A DNA stretch of 64,000 nucleotides from a bacterium. Lineage in GTDB: Bacteria; Patescibacteriota; Patescibacteriia; UBA9934. The stretch lies in assembly GCA_027592325.1 (NCBI GenBank), contig JAQCKO010000001.1:20247-84246 (forward strand). The letters are read 5' to 3'. Positions 9,124-19,929 of the stretch are shown one piece after another. The position numbers and the translations under genes were made by a program. The notes below the pieces were generated by a model. The model was not told the origin of the DNA. It saw nothing but the letters and a program-made list of their open reading frames with translations, and did not search any database. The first letter of the stretch is position 1. Each line of letters opens with the position of its first letter.

Positions 9124-10893
9124 CTACCCTAAAATTGCCTTAATGCGCCGAACACCGGCTGATGACGCTTCCTCTTTTTTGATTTTAAATCCGCCGAGTT
9201 CGCTTGTGCGTTCAACGTGTGGGCCGCCGCAAATTTCAGACGAAAAGTCCCCGATGAAATAGACTTTTATCTTCCCGCCCATTTGCGCGTATTTATCTTC
9301 AAACAGTCCAATCGCTCCGCGTGCCTTTGCCTCTTCTACGGTAAGCAGCTCATGGTGAATTGGCAAATCACTGCCGATTTGCTCGTTCACAATGCGTTCT
9401 ACCTCTTCTATCTGTTCAGGCGTCATTTTTTCTCCATGCGAAAAATCAAATCGGAGCCGCTCACGAGTGATATTACTTCCGCGCTGCTCAACATGATCGC
9501 CAAGAACCGTTCGAAGCGCTTGATGCAATAAATGCGTCGCGGTATGCAGACGAGTCGATTCCGCAGAGTGATCAACAAGCCCTCCTGCAAACTTCTCGCC
9601 TGACCCATCGCGTGAGGTCTCTTGATGTTTTTTAAATTCTGCTTCAAATGCCGCATGGTCAACAGATTGACCATGCTCACGCGCAATCTCTTCGGTCAGC
9701 TCGAGCGGAAATCCAAAGGTTTGATACAAGTCAAATGCATCTGTTCCTGACAGCTGTCCCTTCTTTTCGTAAAGCTTCTCTACTTCACGAAGACCTTTGT
9801 TTAAACTTGTAGCAAATTTTTGTGCTTCTTTCTGAATTTCATCGGTAATCTCTCCCTGATTCGTCCGAAGTTCAGGGTAACCATCCTCAAGCGTGCCGAT
9901 GGTCATATGCACAATACTCGTCAAATCTTTATGCTCACCAGAAATTTTGAGCATTTGGCGTACGGCACGTCGAATCAGCCGGCGCAGAATGTAACCCTGA
10001 TCTTTATTTGATGGGCGCACGCCATCTGAAATCATCATAGTTGCTGCGCGAATATGGTCAGAAATAATGTACAGAGCACGCATGACTTCCACTGTTTCTT
10101 CTGGATTGCCGGAAATAGTTGAAATCTCGGTCAATATCGGCTGGAAGAGCTCGGTCTCATAGACGCTAGCTTTTCCTTGTAAAATAGCCGCCGTACGTTC
10201 AAGCCCCATTCCGGTATCAACATTTCTTTGGGCTAGCGGCGTGAGTACCCCGTCATCCCCCTTATAAAATTGCATAAACACATTATTCCAAATCTCCACC
10301 CAAAGATTGTTTTCTGGATCGAACTTCTCAGGCGCTTCTTCTTCCCCTGTCCAATAAAAAATTTCGGTATCCGGCCCCTGTGGTCCTGTGTGTTTTCCGC
10401 CTGCTGGCCACCAATTGTCATCTTTACCAAGCTTCGCGATGCGCGCATCTGGCACACCTAGCTGAATCCAAAGATTATACGCTTCTTCATCGAAAGGCGC
10501 ATCGTCGTCGCCCGCGAATACACTGACTGCTAAATGATTTGGTGAAATTGCTAGCCATTCCGTTGATGTCAAGAATTCATAACTCCAACGAATAGAATCT
10601 TCTTTAAAATAATCACCAAGTGACCAATTTCCTAGCATCTCAAAAAACGTAAGATGTGTTGCATCTCCTACCTCGTCAATATCACCCGTACGAATACATT
10701 TTTGACTATCCGTAAGCCGATTTCCTGATGGATGCGTTTCGCCCATCAAAAATGGCACCAATGGATGCATGCCCGCCGTTGTAAACAACACCGATGGATC
10801 ATTTTCAGGCACAACCGAAGCAGAAGGAATTTCTGCATGTCCTTTTGATACAAAGAATTCTATAAATTTTCGGCGGAGTGCACTTGCTGTCAT
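9124..10893 (-). CDS. alaS: Alanine--tRNA ligase (short form, no C-Ala domain)
   Basis: HLTFFEMLGNWS.GDYFK, EIWNNVFMQ, VDTGMGLER; editing motifs HTATH and CGGPH. Confidence 0.97.
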   Translation of the reverse strand: MTASALRRKFIEFFVSKGHAEIPSASVVPENDPSVLFTTAGMHPLVPFLMGETHPSGNRLTDSQKCIRTGDIDEVGDATHLTFFEMLGNWSLGDYFKEDSIRWSYEFLTSTEWLAISPNHLAVSVFAGDDDAPFDEEAYNLWIQLGVPDARIAKLGKDDNWWPAGGKHTGPQGPDTEIFYWTGEEEAPEKFDPENNLWVEIWNNVFMQFYKGDDGVLTPLAQRNVDTGMGLERTAAILQGKASVYETELFQPILTEISTISGNPEETVEVMRALYIISDHIRAATMMISDGVRPSNKDQGYILRRLIRRAVRQMLKISGEHKDLTSIVHMTIGTLEDGYPELRTNQGEITDEIQKEAQKFATSLNKGLREVEKLYEKKGQLSGTDAFDLYQTFGFPLELTEEIAREHGQSVDHAAFEAEFKKHQETSRDGSGEKFAGGLVDHSAESTRLHTATHLLHQALRTVLGDHVEQRGSNITRERLRFDFSHGEKMTPEQIEEVERIVNEQIGSDLPIHHELLTVEEAKARGAIGLFEDKYAQMGGKIKVYFIGDFSSEICGGPHVERTSELGGFKIKKEEASSAGVRRIKAILG

Positions 10894-10935
10894 ATTATGT
10901 TCAAATTATCGTATATCACCTGTTTTATCAAGGGA

Positions 10936-12552
10936 TTATGCATCAACTCCAGAAAGTATCGCCTCCTCTGGTTTTGCCTTTTTTCGCACACGTCGCTCAA
11001 GTCCCACAAGAATAGACAATAGCTCCTCAGCACGAAGAACGTACAAAAGCGCTATATAAACAATAAACGCAAGGCTACCAGCGAATAACCCCTGGCCAAA
11101 TACACCCCAGAAGGTATTTAGTGTGAAACCGAGCGTTTCGGTGGCAATTGTTTTAAAGCCTTGTAATGATCCTGCTGTCACAATTCCCGCAATACTGAAT
11201 TTAATGAGTGCATTCAACACATCACTAAATCCATCTGCCTTTATGCGCGATGAAAGCAAGGCAAAAAGCGCAATCGCCTGTAGTACAGCAGACCCTGAGT
11301 ATGCGATTGCGATACCCTGAATCTGATAATGAGGAGTTAATAATAGTGCTGATGCAATGAATATTGTTGTACTCATAAGGCCAACAATAAACGGCGTCAT
11401 GGAATCATTCTTTGCAAAAAATGCTCTGACAAGAAGAAAAATGAGCCCATGTGCAATCAGACCCATCACAAGCCAACCCATCACATTGGCTGTTTGAATG
11501 GTCTCGGCCCAATCGTACGCACCAGCGCCAACAGCGACACGGACAATTTGCATACGGAGGCCATAGAAGAGAATGGTTGCAGGCACCATAAAAAGGAGCA
11601 TCTGTCGCATGGTAAGTGAAAGGATATCGCGAAAGTCTGCTGTGTCTCGTTTCCCTGCCTTTTCGCAAAGTGATGGAAACGCTGCGATGGCATAAGAAAC
11701 ACCGATAACACCAAGGGGGAAAAAGAATATATTATACGCAAATTGCAGCATGGTCACGGCGCCAACCGTGAGTGTAGATGCTATCGCTGTCATCGCAAGT
11801 AGATTCACCTGCCCTATGGCAAGACCCATCACGCGAGGTGGGAGGTGCCCCGCAATATAGCGAAGCGATGCGTCTCGAAAACGAAAAAGCAACCTGTACC
11901 GGTATCCAACAGCATATAGTCCGATAAGTTGAATCATGAGGTGAAAAAACGCCCCGCCGATCACACCAAATGCAAGCCCATTCAATCCAAATATTGGTAC
12001 GAGAAAAATTGATCCCAAAATGATTCCGAGATTGTAAAAAATAGGGGCAATAGCATACGGGAGAAAAACTTTTGCCCCCTGAAGCGCAGAACCAATCACC
12101 ATAGACGCTCCTAAAATAAGTTGTGCTACGAGCATGAGGCGTAGAAGCTCGATGACAGCAAGCTGTTTCTCGACGTCAAAACCGGGGGCAATGACATCAA
12201 CAAATACAGGAGCCATGATTGCAACAACAACCAGTAGCCCCGAGAAAATGACAGTGAGAATGGTGAGTGTATTACTCGTTAAATCCCATGCCTTCTGCTT
12301 GTGTTTTGCATATTCCTTTGTGAAAAGCGGAATGAAGCTTGCCGAGAGCGCCCCCACGACTATGAGCGCATAAAATAGATCAGGAAGTCGAAAGGCCGCA
12401 AAGTAAATATCAAGTTCATCTGATGCCCCGAATTCACCTGCAAGAATGCGATCTCGAATCAGCCCCACGATGCGCGATAAAATCGAAAAGAAGGCAACCA
12501 AAAATGCGGCGCTTGTAACCGTTCTTGCTGACCGTGATAATGCTTGCCTCAT
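10936..12552 (-). CDS. murJ: Lipid II flippase MurJ
   Basis: LSRIVGLIRDRILAGEFGA, YFAAFRLPD, SASFIPLF. Confidence 0.95.
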   Translation of the reverse strand: MRQALSRSARTVTSAAFLVAFFSILSRIVGLIRDRILAGEFGASDELDIYFAAFRLPDLFYALIVVGALSASFIPLFTKEYAKHKQKAWDLTSNTLTILTVIFSGLLVVVAIMAPVFVDVIAPGFDVEKQLAVIELLRLMLVAQLILGASMVIGSALQGAKVFLPYAIAPIFYNLGIILGSIFLVPIFGLNGLAFGVIGGAFFHLMIQLIGLYAVGYRYRLLFRFRDASLRYIAGHLPPRVMGLAIGQVNLLAMTAIASTLTVGAVTMLQFAYNIFFFPLGVIGVSYAIAAFPSLCEKAGKRDTADFRDILSLTMRQMLLFMVPATILFYGLRMQIVRVAVGAGAYDWAETIQTANVMGWLVMGLIAHGLIFLLVRAFFAKNDSMTPFIVGLMSTTIFIASALLLTPHYQIQGIAIAYSGSAVLQAIALFALLSSRIKADGFSDVLNALIKFSIAGIVTAGSLQGFKTIATETLGFTLNTFWGVFGQGLFAGSLAFIVYIALLYVLRAEELLSILVGLERRVRKKAKPEEAILSGVDA

Positions 12553-13727
12553 GTGTTCTTTCTACGTTGTTTTTTCTCTGCGTCGGGTTCAAGCGTTTTT
12601 TGCCCTTTTGTGTACAAAACACCATCCTCCGTTGTGAGTATGCGGCGGCGTTTTGTGCCACGGGTTTTTAATCCCAATACCCCAACAAGTGTTAGAAGTA
12701 TAAGGAGAACGAGTAAAGTAATTATAAGTTGTACGAGTGGATTTTGAATATGGAAAAATGAAACCGTAAGAAGAGCTTCATCGGTTGTCGTTATTCCATC
12801 GTCATGCAATGCGGTTAACGTGACCTTGTACGTACCTGGACCGCGAAATTCATGACCAATAGATGTCTGCACCGACGATGACCCATCACCAAAATCCCAT
12901 TTGTAAGAAATATTGTCTTGTGCATCGATCACACGAAACGCATACGCTCTCCATTTTAATACCTCATAGGTAAAATATGATCCGAACGACACGCGCTCCC
13001 CAGCGGTATTGTCCGCGATCTCCTCAATCGTAAATTCTGTTGAATAATCCTCTTTCATTACATTAGCAACTCCCCTTTCAGAGATATCAGTCATGATTAT
13101 AGGGTTCACTGATGGAAGAACTCCGAGTTCAGGTTCAAGCAATGGCGCGTCAACAAGCTCCCCACTCTGGTCATTCGACCCCACAGTGATGGGCTCAGAA
13201 TCACTCACATTTTCGGCGTTTCGCTCATCTTCGTCACAAGCGTATCCTTCCCCATCTGCGTCATCATCGCGTTGATCAGCATTCGGGGTATCTCGACAAT
13301 TATCTTCCTCATCAATTACCCCGTCAGCATCGGAATCAAATACAGGAACAAAAAGGTTGCTCAAATATTCGTTATTTCCCGCATATTCATCTGGTGGGTT
13401 AATCCCACGTAATTCTGCACGAATATTAAATGGACCTTCTGGAATAATAAAATCAATCCAAACATCCTCGCTTTCTCCATCAGCTGCCAGAGAAATTACT
13501 TGACTTGGTCCGAGCGGCGTTGGTCCTTGGTAAAAATACACATAGCCAGAAACATCAACATTCCCAATATTGCGAACACTTGCATATAATCGAGCTTCTT
13601 CGCCTGCAATCAGTGGATCTACCGAGAATCGCACAGAGTGTTTATTTATCTCTATGTCTGCCCCGCTCGTTTGTGCCACAGCTTGGATGGGTGTGCATAG
13701 CAGCAATATCAAAAGAAGAAAACGCAT
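12549..13727 (-). CDS. Surface protein: signal peptide, CARDB-like Ig domain, thrombospondin type-3 repeat, PKD domain, C-terminal TM
   Basis: DSDADGVIDEEDNC..NADQRDDDADGEGYACD; YKWDFGDG..H.F..PGTYKVTL. Confidence 0.8.
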   Translation of the reverse strand: MRFLLLILLLCTPIQAVAQTSGADIEINKHSVRFSVDPLIAGEEARLYASVRNIGNVDVSGYVYFYQGPTPLGPSQVISLAADGESEDVWIDFIIPEGPFNIRAELRGINPPDEYAGNNEYLSNLFVPVFDSDADGVIDEEDNCRDTPNADQRDDDADGEGYACDEDERNAENVSDSEPITVGSNDQSGELVDAPLLEPELGVLPSVNPIIMTDISERGVANVMKEDYSTEFTIEEIADNTAGERVSFGSYFTYEVLKWRAYAFRVIDAQDNISYKWDFGDGSSSVQTSIGHEFRGPGTYKVTLTALHDDGITTTDEALLTVSFFHIQNPLVQLIITLLVLLILLTLVGVLGLKTRGTKRRRILTTEDGVLYTKGQKTLEPDAEKKQRRKNT

Positions 13728-13728
13728 A

Positions 13729-14640
13729 CTAATTCCGTTTATCAATACGTATGATCACAAGTAGAAAAAGAATAATGGAAAGCAATATGACTGCAGTGAC
13801 AAGCAGAGGATTATTCCCAAACGGAAGGTGATCTACATTCATTCCATAGTACCCCGTAAGGAGCGTTGCTGGCATAAGGACAACGGAAATAATAGTCAGT
13901 AGGCGTATGATTTCATTTGTCCTGTGAGAAAGGAACGCCTCATTGACATCGAATAGTCCGTCGACAATATTTTTCAGGTTGTCTGTCACCACCCATATTC
14001 CATCGAGTGTGTCACCTATATCATCAAAATAATTCGCCAAAGTAGTCGGTAAAAATGTGCGTTTCACATGCTGTAATTGCTGCATGATAATGCGCTGAGG
14101 ATCAATAACATGACGTAGGTATAGAACATTCCTGCGAACCATTCCAAGTCGTTTGGTTGCAACCCGCGTATGATCATCGTACACGGCTTCCTCAACATCA
14201 TTCACCTCACGCACCACTTCTTGCAGAATCACCTTGGCATCACGAAAAACATAATCGAGCAATTTGTAAAGTAAAAACCCCGGACCGTACTTCGTAAGCT
14301 CACGCTTCATCCGCGTACTCCGAGCGAGTCGCACAAAATATCGATTTACCGCGTCAATCTGCCCTTCTGAAGCCGTCACAATATAATCTGGCCCCACAAA
14401 AATCGATAGATTCACTTTTGTAATCTGAAGTATCTCCTGATGAAAAACCGGAAGCGCAATCACCAGAAAAAGATAATGCTTATATACATCTAATTTAGGG
14501 AGTTGCGTTGCATCACGTACATCATCATAATCGAGTGGATGAAACTTGAATGCATGTTCCATGATTTGAAAATCCTTCTCCTCTAGACCAGAAAAGTGAT
14601 GCCATGTATACGTTTTTAGACCTATGTGTTTATAAGCCAT
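13729..14640 (-). CDS. corA: CorA-family Mg/Co transporter
   Basis: NEIIRLLTIIS, GYYGMN signature. Confidence 0.93.
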   Translation of the reverse strand: MAYKHIGLKTYTWHHFSGLEEKDFQIMEHAFKFHPLDYDDVRDATQLPKLDVYKHYLFLVIALPVFHQEILQITKVNLSIFVGPDYIVTASEGQIDAVNRYFVRLARSTRMKRELTKYGPGFLLYKLLDYVFRDAKVILQEVVREVNDVEEAVYDDHTRVATKRLGMVRRNVLYLRHVIDPQRIIMQQLQHVKRTFLPTTLANYFDDIGDTLDGIWVVTDNLKNIVDGLFDVNEAFLSHRTNEIIRLLTIISVVLMPATLLTGYYGMNVDHLPFGNNPLLVTAVILLSIILFLLVIIRIDKRN

Positions 14641-14641
14641 A

Positions 14642-15316
14642 CTACACAACCTTCTTTAAACGACGCTCTTCTTTTCTTGCTTCTTTATCAGCAGCACTGC
14701 TATAGTAATAAAATCCGAGAAGCGCAAATACAGCAAACGATGACGCGATAATAGCCACGAGGTTTATAAAAAAGAGTTCAGCTGACTTTTGCACGAGTCC
14801 CCAATCGGCTCCACCAAGCCCAATCCCAATCGTGACAAGCGGTGGAAGAAGCGCAACAGAAATCGCGATACCACTCACAGCTTCTTTAATGTGATCGAAA
14901 CAAAGAGCAAGTGCTGCGGCAATTCCAGAAGCAATCGCAACCGGAATCATGAAGGAGAGATTTGTTTGCTGCAATATTTCATTCGATGCCCCGATGGGAA
15001 CATAGTACGACGTAATCCAAATAGCGATCGCGATTGCGATAACAATCGAAATCAACACACTAATAAGGGAGAGTTTGATCATCGCCCAATCACGTACAAG
15101 CAGTCCCATGCTGATTCCAAGCACAGGCCAAAGAAGCGGGGCTACAAGCATTGCTCCGATGACAATTGAGGCGCTGTCATTCAAGAGCCCCAGCGCCGCA
15201 ATGATGCTTGAAACGAGAATGAGAATGAGAAAGGTGATGCGTGGTGAAGAATCTTGAATCAGGCGGCTAAGAACCGCTTCGTGCTTTACCTCCTTTGTCG
15301 ATAGAGTGAGTTTCAT
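14642..15316 (-). CDS. DUF389/TIGR00341 membrane protein
   Basis: IVIGAMLVAPLLWP, GIAISVALLPPL; start uncertain, overlaps end of upstream GT2. Confidence 0.85.
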   Translation of the reverse strand: MKLTLSTKEVKHEAVLSRLIQDSSPRITFLILILVSSIIAALGLLNDSASIVIGAMLVAPLLWPVLGISMGLLVRDWAMIKLSLISVLISIVIAIAIAIWITSYYVPIGASNEILQQTNLSFMIPVAIASGIAAALALCFDHIKEAVSGIAISVALLPPLVTIGIGLGGADWGLVQKSAELFFINLVAIIASSFAVFALLGFYYYSSAADKEARKEERRLKKVV

Positions 15317-16025
15317 GAGCTTCATTATGGCCAAATCCGTATTCAAATAGATTCGTTCGAATCGGACCAAAGTGCCAAATATGGATTTCTGCCAATACGT
15401 AGACGGCAACTGAACGTAGTATACCATCCCGCTTAAAGCGGCGTGTTGACACATGAATGCGCTTACCGCGCTCGAGGTATCCAAAACGACCAATCTTGGC
15501 TGCTCGTAGTCCGTAATCATGATCTTCACAAAAAACGACCGTTTCATCAAAGCCATCAATGGCGTCGTGAAGGTCTTTTTTAACGAGGATAAAAAAACCT
15601 GGAATGTGAGGGTGAATTTTTGCCATCATGCGAACATAGCTATTGTAAATATAATGACCAATTTTTGAACCTAGCCCGGCTTCAATTGGCCAAACGTCGC
15701 AGCTCACAATATCAAGATTACGCTTCTGCATCTCAGCAATCGATGACGCAATAAGGTCTGGCTGCAGAAGAATCGTGTCCGCGTCTAGAAAAAGAATAAG
15801 ATCAGCTGATACGACACTTGCACCCCTATTTCGCCCCTCCCCAGGCAGGCCACCTGGAACAATCGTGGCTCCGAAGGACTCTACAATCTCTCTCGTTCCA
15901 TCATCTGATCCGGCATCGGCAATAATGACCTGCTTTGGCCGCAATGTTTGGCAGTTTATGCTCTCAAGAAGCCGCGGGATCGAATGTACTTCATTGAGCG
16001 TTGGGATAACAATGGAATACGTCAT
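15267..16025 (-). CDS. GT2-family glycosyltransferase
   Basis: SIVIPTLNE, ADAGSDDGT, FLDAD, GFDE..CED, STRRF. Confidence 0.92.
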   Translation of the reverse strand: MTYSIVIPTLNEVHSIPRLLESINCQTLRPKQVIIADAGSDDGTREIVESFGATIVPGGLPGEGRNRGASVVSADLILFLDADTILLQPDLIASSIAEMQKRNLDIVSCDVWPIEAGLGSKIGHYIYNSYVRMMAKIHPHIPGFFILVKKDLHDAIDGFDETVVFCEDHDYGLRAAKIGRFGYLERGKRIHVSTRRFKRDGILRSVAVYVLAEIHIWHFGPIRTNLFEYGFGHNEAHETHSIDKGGKARSGS

Positions 16026-16456
16026 ACCGAAAGTACGTAAAGAGCAATGCCGCTCGCGACCGACACATTTAATGATCGCTTCTTCTTCATAGGAATTTCA
16101 ACTAAGTTGTCTAGCATTCCCTTTGCGTACGCGTCGAGACCACCCACCTCATTTCCCAAAACAAGAGCAACATCCCCATCACACTTGAATCCGTGAATGG
16201 ACTGTGCCCCGTTTGTATTATCGAGCCCAATGATATGAACACTTTTTTTCTTCATCTCTTCAATAAGCTCGGATAAATCTCGCTTTTCCCATGCGATAAG
16301 GCCTTCCGCACCTAAGGCAACTTTTGAAATCTCCTTTCTTGGTGGTGTTCCTGTAATTCCTGTTAAATAGAGTTTTTCTACACCAAAAGCGGCACAATTA
16401 CGAAATATTGCGCCAACATTATGCAGGCTTCGAATATCGTGGGCGATCACAAACAT
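16022..16456 (-). CDS. TrmH/SpoU-family RNA methyltransferase
   Basis: IRSLHNVGAIFR, LVLGNEV.G, SLNVSVA. Confidence 0.92.
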   Translation of the reverse strand: MFVIAHDIRSLHNVGAIFRNCAAFGVEKLYLTGITGTPPRKEISKVALGAEGLIAWEKRDLSELIEEMKKKSVHIIGLDNTNGAQSIHGFKCDGDVALVLGNEVGGLDAYAKGMLDNLVEIPMKKKRSLNVSVASGIALYVLSV

Positions 16457-16525
16457 TTCAGAAAAGATAGCATAGTATTGACAAAATAGCGATATTGTGC
16501 GAGTATTCGCAAAGAAGGAGGTGTC

Positions 16526-16789
16526 ATGCTGACTGTAATGCTCGCATTCGCGACGATTCCTTTCTGGTACCGGTTTGGGGCCGCTACCACGGAAAAGAAG
16601 TATCTATGGGCATTGTTCCAGTTGATGGCAGGGTATCTTGTCATCCTGGTAAGCGCCGGATGTGAGCTGAATGACGATCGCTCCAGTGGACTGATCATCG
16701 GATGCTGGCTCATGATTGGAGCCTGCAGCGCGATGTTCGGCTTTGCCCGTAACGAACCAGACTACAGCTCACTCCCTCCCCAGGAGTGA
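16526..16789 (+). CDS. Orphan small membrane protein (cassette)
   Basis: AAGGAGG SD, upstream TTGACA, three hydrophobic segments, terminator GCTCACTCC/GGAGTGAGC+T tract overlapping the stop. Confidence 0.65.
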   Translation: MLTVMLAFATIPFWYRFGAATTEKKYLWALFQLMAGYLVILVSAGCELNDDRSSGLIIGCWLMIGACSAMFGFARNEPDYSSLPPQE

Positions 16790-16852
16790 GCGTTTTATTT
16801 TACGCTATACTCACCTTGTCAGAATTCCGTTTATCGACTATACTCCATCCTT

Positions 16853-17710
16853 ATGCCAAAATCTGGATTCGCCACAATTATCGGCCGCTCGAATGTTGGA
16901 AAATCGACCTTGATTAACAGCATTGTCGGTCAAAAAATCGCCATTACAACTTGGAAGCCACAAACAACGCGTAGACCTATTCAGGGTATTCTCACGAATG
17001 ATCATGGACAAATCGTTTTTGTTGACACGCCAGGAATCATGCAAAAAGCGCGTGATCCGCTAACACAAGCCCTGCTTCGATTTGTCAAAATGGCGCTGAA
17101 AGATATCGAGGTAATCCTCTATGTCGTTGACCCTACCCGCCCAATCGGGAATGAGGAAAAACAGGTTATGCAGCTTATACAAGACATTCAGGTGCCAAAA
17201 CTTCTTGTTATCAACAAAATTGATGATATAGCTGCGCGTCAATACATTGATATGTATCGTGATCTTGAGGAAAAGTTTGACGGGATGATTGAGGTTTCTG
17301 CGATTAAAGGATCGAATGTCAATCGAATTGTCGATTGGGTCATGGAAAAGATACCTGAAGGAGAAATGATGTATCCACACCACCAAAAAAGTAGTCAACC
17401 TGTTGAAGAATTGGTTGCCGAAATTATTCGTGAAAAGCTGTTCTTACGTCTCAGAAAAGAAGTCCCCTATTCAGTTCATGTAGAGGTGGAAGAAATTGAC
17501 CGGCGCAAAAATGGCACCATGTATGTGAAAGCAAAAATCATGACACTTAGTGAGCGTTATAAAAATATGATTATTGGAAAAGGCGGCGTAGGTGTGAAAG
17601 AAGTTGGTCTTAGTAGTAGAAAGGAGCTTGAGGCCATGACAAATGAGAAGATTTTTCTCGATCTTCACGTTGAAACTGATACGCGCTGGGTTGAACGTTT
17701 GGATCAATAA
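16853..17710 (+). CDS. era: GTPase Era
   Basis: GRSNVGKSTL, PQTTR, DTPG, NKID; KH domain IIGKGG. Confidence 0.97.
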   Translation: MPKSGFATIIGRSNVGKSTLINSIVGQKIAITTWKPQTTRRPIQGILTNDHGQIVFVDTPGIMQKARDPLTQALLRFVKMALKDIEVILYVVDPTRPIGNEEKQVMQLIQDIQVPKLLVINKIDDIAARQYIDMYRDLEEKFDGMIEVSAIKGSNVNRIVDWVMEKIPEGEMMYPHHQKSSQPVEELVAEIIREKLFLRLRKEVPYSVHVEVEEIDRRKNGTMYVKAKIMTLSERYKNMIIGKGGVGVKEVGLSSRKELEAMTNEKIFLDLHVETDTRWVERLDQ

Positions 17711-17745
17711 AACGCGCGCTAAGCGCGATGCTCGCAAAACGTTCC

Positions 17746-18006
17746 CTACTTAGCCCGCGCCCATTTTTTTAGGCTTTCAAAATCTGTCGAACCACAAATT
17801 GTCTCCTTTGTTTCCGTATTGATAAAAAACGGAACACCGCCGCACATTCCATCATCGTATTGTTTCATCATTTCAGCATGCTCTTCATTTTCCCAAACTT
17901 CATATTTATCAACGGTAACACCAAGTTCGCTTTCTAGTTGCTCGACAACTGGTTTCATTTGGATACAATGAGGACATTGGTTTCCGTAAAATTCTAGTAA
18001 TGCCAT
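17746..18006 (-). CDS. Thioredoxin/glutaredoxin-like protein
   Basis: CPHC motif, GGVPFF. Confidence 0.88.
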   Translation of the reverse strand: MALLEFYGNQCPHCIQMKPVVEQLESELGVTVDKYEVWENEEHAEMMKQYDDGMCGGVPFFINTETKETICGSTDFESLKKWARAK

Positions 18007-18013
18007 AGATGTT

Positions 18014-18553
18014 ATGAAGAATAATCATTCGAATTTTAACACGATACTTGTAAGTATCATTTTTTTATTCGGGATAATGCTCTTAGTCGGACTTCGTTTT
18101 GATGCAATCTGGGCTGGAGGTGAGGGATTCGTTAAGCAACGGACAGCATCAATTGGATCTGACAATTTTGTACGTGGTGAAACAATTATACCTACAACTC
18201 ATAGCTTACTTAAGCTACCCATGGGTTTAATTTGTATTGAGGCAGGTTCTGAACTTACACTTCTCTCGCTTACTGCGGAGGAGAATATTGTCAATCTACG
18301 CTCTGGTCGTATTTCAACAATGGATACATTTCGTGTTCAGATACGAGATAATGAGTATGCCTCATCTGGATACACGAGCTATGTGCACTATTCATGGCTC
18401 GGCGAAATGGAAAAAATTGATCTTATGAATGGCTCTAGTGAACGTATTGATTTACTTGAAGAAACAACAAACATGAGTAGCTTTGTCGCAAAAGACTCAG
18501 CTGCTGCGGATTATTATACCTATTGTGAAACTGTGCTAAATGAGCTGAACTGA
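18014..18553 (+). CDS. Hypothetical membrane-anchored protein (weak FecR-like resemblance)
   Basis: N-terminal TM helix; 179-aa ORF fills the gap. Confidence 0.6.
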   Translation: MKNNHSNFNTILVSIIFLFGIMLLVGLRFDAIWAGGEGFVKQRTASIGSDNFVRGETIIPTTHSLLKLPMGLICIEAGSELTLLSLTAEENIVNLRSGRISTMDTFRVQIRDNEYASSGYTSYVHYSWLGEMEKIDLMNGSSERIDLLEETTNMSSFVAKDSAAADYYTYCETVLNELN

Positions 18554-19927
18554 TTCACCAAGTTTAGGAATCGCGATATTGGCATGGCTGGTCTGGGACA
18601 GAAAATCTTTGAACACTTTTTTTACCGACTGCTCCCCGTGTACCAAAAAGATCGTTTCCACCTCACCTATATCTGGCTTAAGCCATCGGCGTAATTTTGC
18701 TCGATCCCCATGTGCTGAAAAGGCATCGATTTTTCTCACCTCGGCATGAACTTCAATACTCTCTCCGTGTATAGTGACCGCTTTTGCTCCTTCTTGTAGT
18801 TGTCGCCCGATAGTTCCTTCCGCTTGGTACCCAATAAGCAACACCCCTGATTTCTCGTCAGGTAAATATCGCTTCGCATGATGCATTATCCTACCACCTG
18901 ACATCATGCCACTCCCAGCAATGATGATCTTTGGACGTGTGTCGTTATTGATTGCCATCGAGCTATCTTTTGGAAGTGTTTCTTTTAATCCTGGAAAAGA
19001 AAAGAAATCTTGATCAGGACTTGAAAGAATAGCCCTATCGAACTGGAGGTACTGCTTAAAGTGCCGGTATCGTTCATTTGCGCGTATCGCTAGCGGGCTA
19101 TCGAGATATATTGGTACTTGAGGGACAAGCTGCTTATCGAATAATTCATCTATTTCGTATAGAAGCTCCTGCGTGCGTTCGATAGAAAATGCTGGTATAA
19201 GCAATGTACCTTTACGGCCCAAAATTTTTACTATCATCGAAACAAGTTCCTTACCGCGCTCCATCGTAGGTACATGATCGCGATCACCGTAAGTTGATTC
19301 ACAAACAACAATATTTGCTGAAATGATTGGATCGGTATCGGGAAGAATTGGAATGTCATCATTCCCAATATCTCCACTAAATACAATGCGAAAATCATCT
19401 TCTCTTTCTAGGAGATGTTTGTCGACTTCAACAGCTACAAAGCTTGAACCTAAAATGTGTCCAGCATTTGAAAATCGTATGCGTACACCCTGAATTGGTT
19501 CAAATTGCGTATGATACCCAACACCTTTCATCTGTGATTTCGTCTGCTCGAGGTCTGCGACTTCATACAAATGAGCTTGCTGACACCGTTGGCTTTCTTC
19601 ATGCATCACTCGCATCCCATCCTCCATCACTAAATTCGCGAGAGATTTTGTTGGATTTGTTGAATAAATTGGACCACTGAATCCCTTTTTTACGAGTAGA
19701 GGAAGCCTTCCACAATGATCTAAATGCGCATGCGTGAGTAAAACCAGATCGATCGATGATGGCGCGAAATCAAACTCTTGATAATTATCTGTTGAACAGA
19801 ATTGTTTTCCTTGATAGAGACCGCAGTCAATCAAAATATTCCCGGAAGGGGTATGCAAAAGATAGCATGAACCTGTCACTCCCTTTACTCCTCCATAAAA
19901 TGATAACTGAACACCTCCTTTATTCAT
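18536..19927 (-). CDS. Beta-CASP metallo-beta-lactamase RNA-processing nuclease
   Basis: THAHLDHCG, AGHILGS, ESTYG, FSAHGD, VHGE. Confidence 0.93.
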   Translation of the reverse strand: MNKGGVQLSFYGGVKGVTGSCYLLHTPSGNILIDCGLYQGKQFCSTDNYQEFDFAPSSIDLVLLTHAHLDHCGRLPLLVKKGFSGPIYSTNPTKSLANLVMEDGMRVMHEESQRCQQAHLYEVADLEQTKSQMKGVGYHTQFEPIQGVRIRFSNAGHILGSSFVAVEVDKHLLEREDDFRIVFSGDIGNDDIPILPDTDPIISANIVVCESTYGDRDHVPTMERGKELVSMIVKILGRKGTLLIPAFSIERTQELLYEIDELFDKQLVPQVPIYLDSPLAIRANERYRHFKQYLQFDRAILSSPDQDFFSFPGLKETLPKDSSMAINNDTRPKIIIAGSGMMSGGRIMHHAKRYLPDEKSGVLLIGYQAEGTIGRQLQEGAKAVTIHGESIEVHAEVRKIDAFSAHGDRAKLRRWLKPDIGEVETIFLVHGEQSVKKVFKDFLSQTSHANIAIPKLGESVQLI

Positions 19928-19929
19928 GT

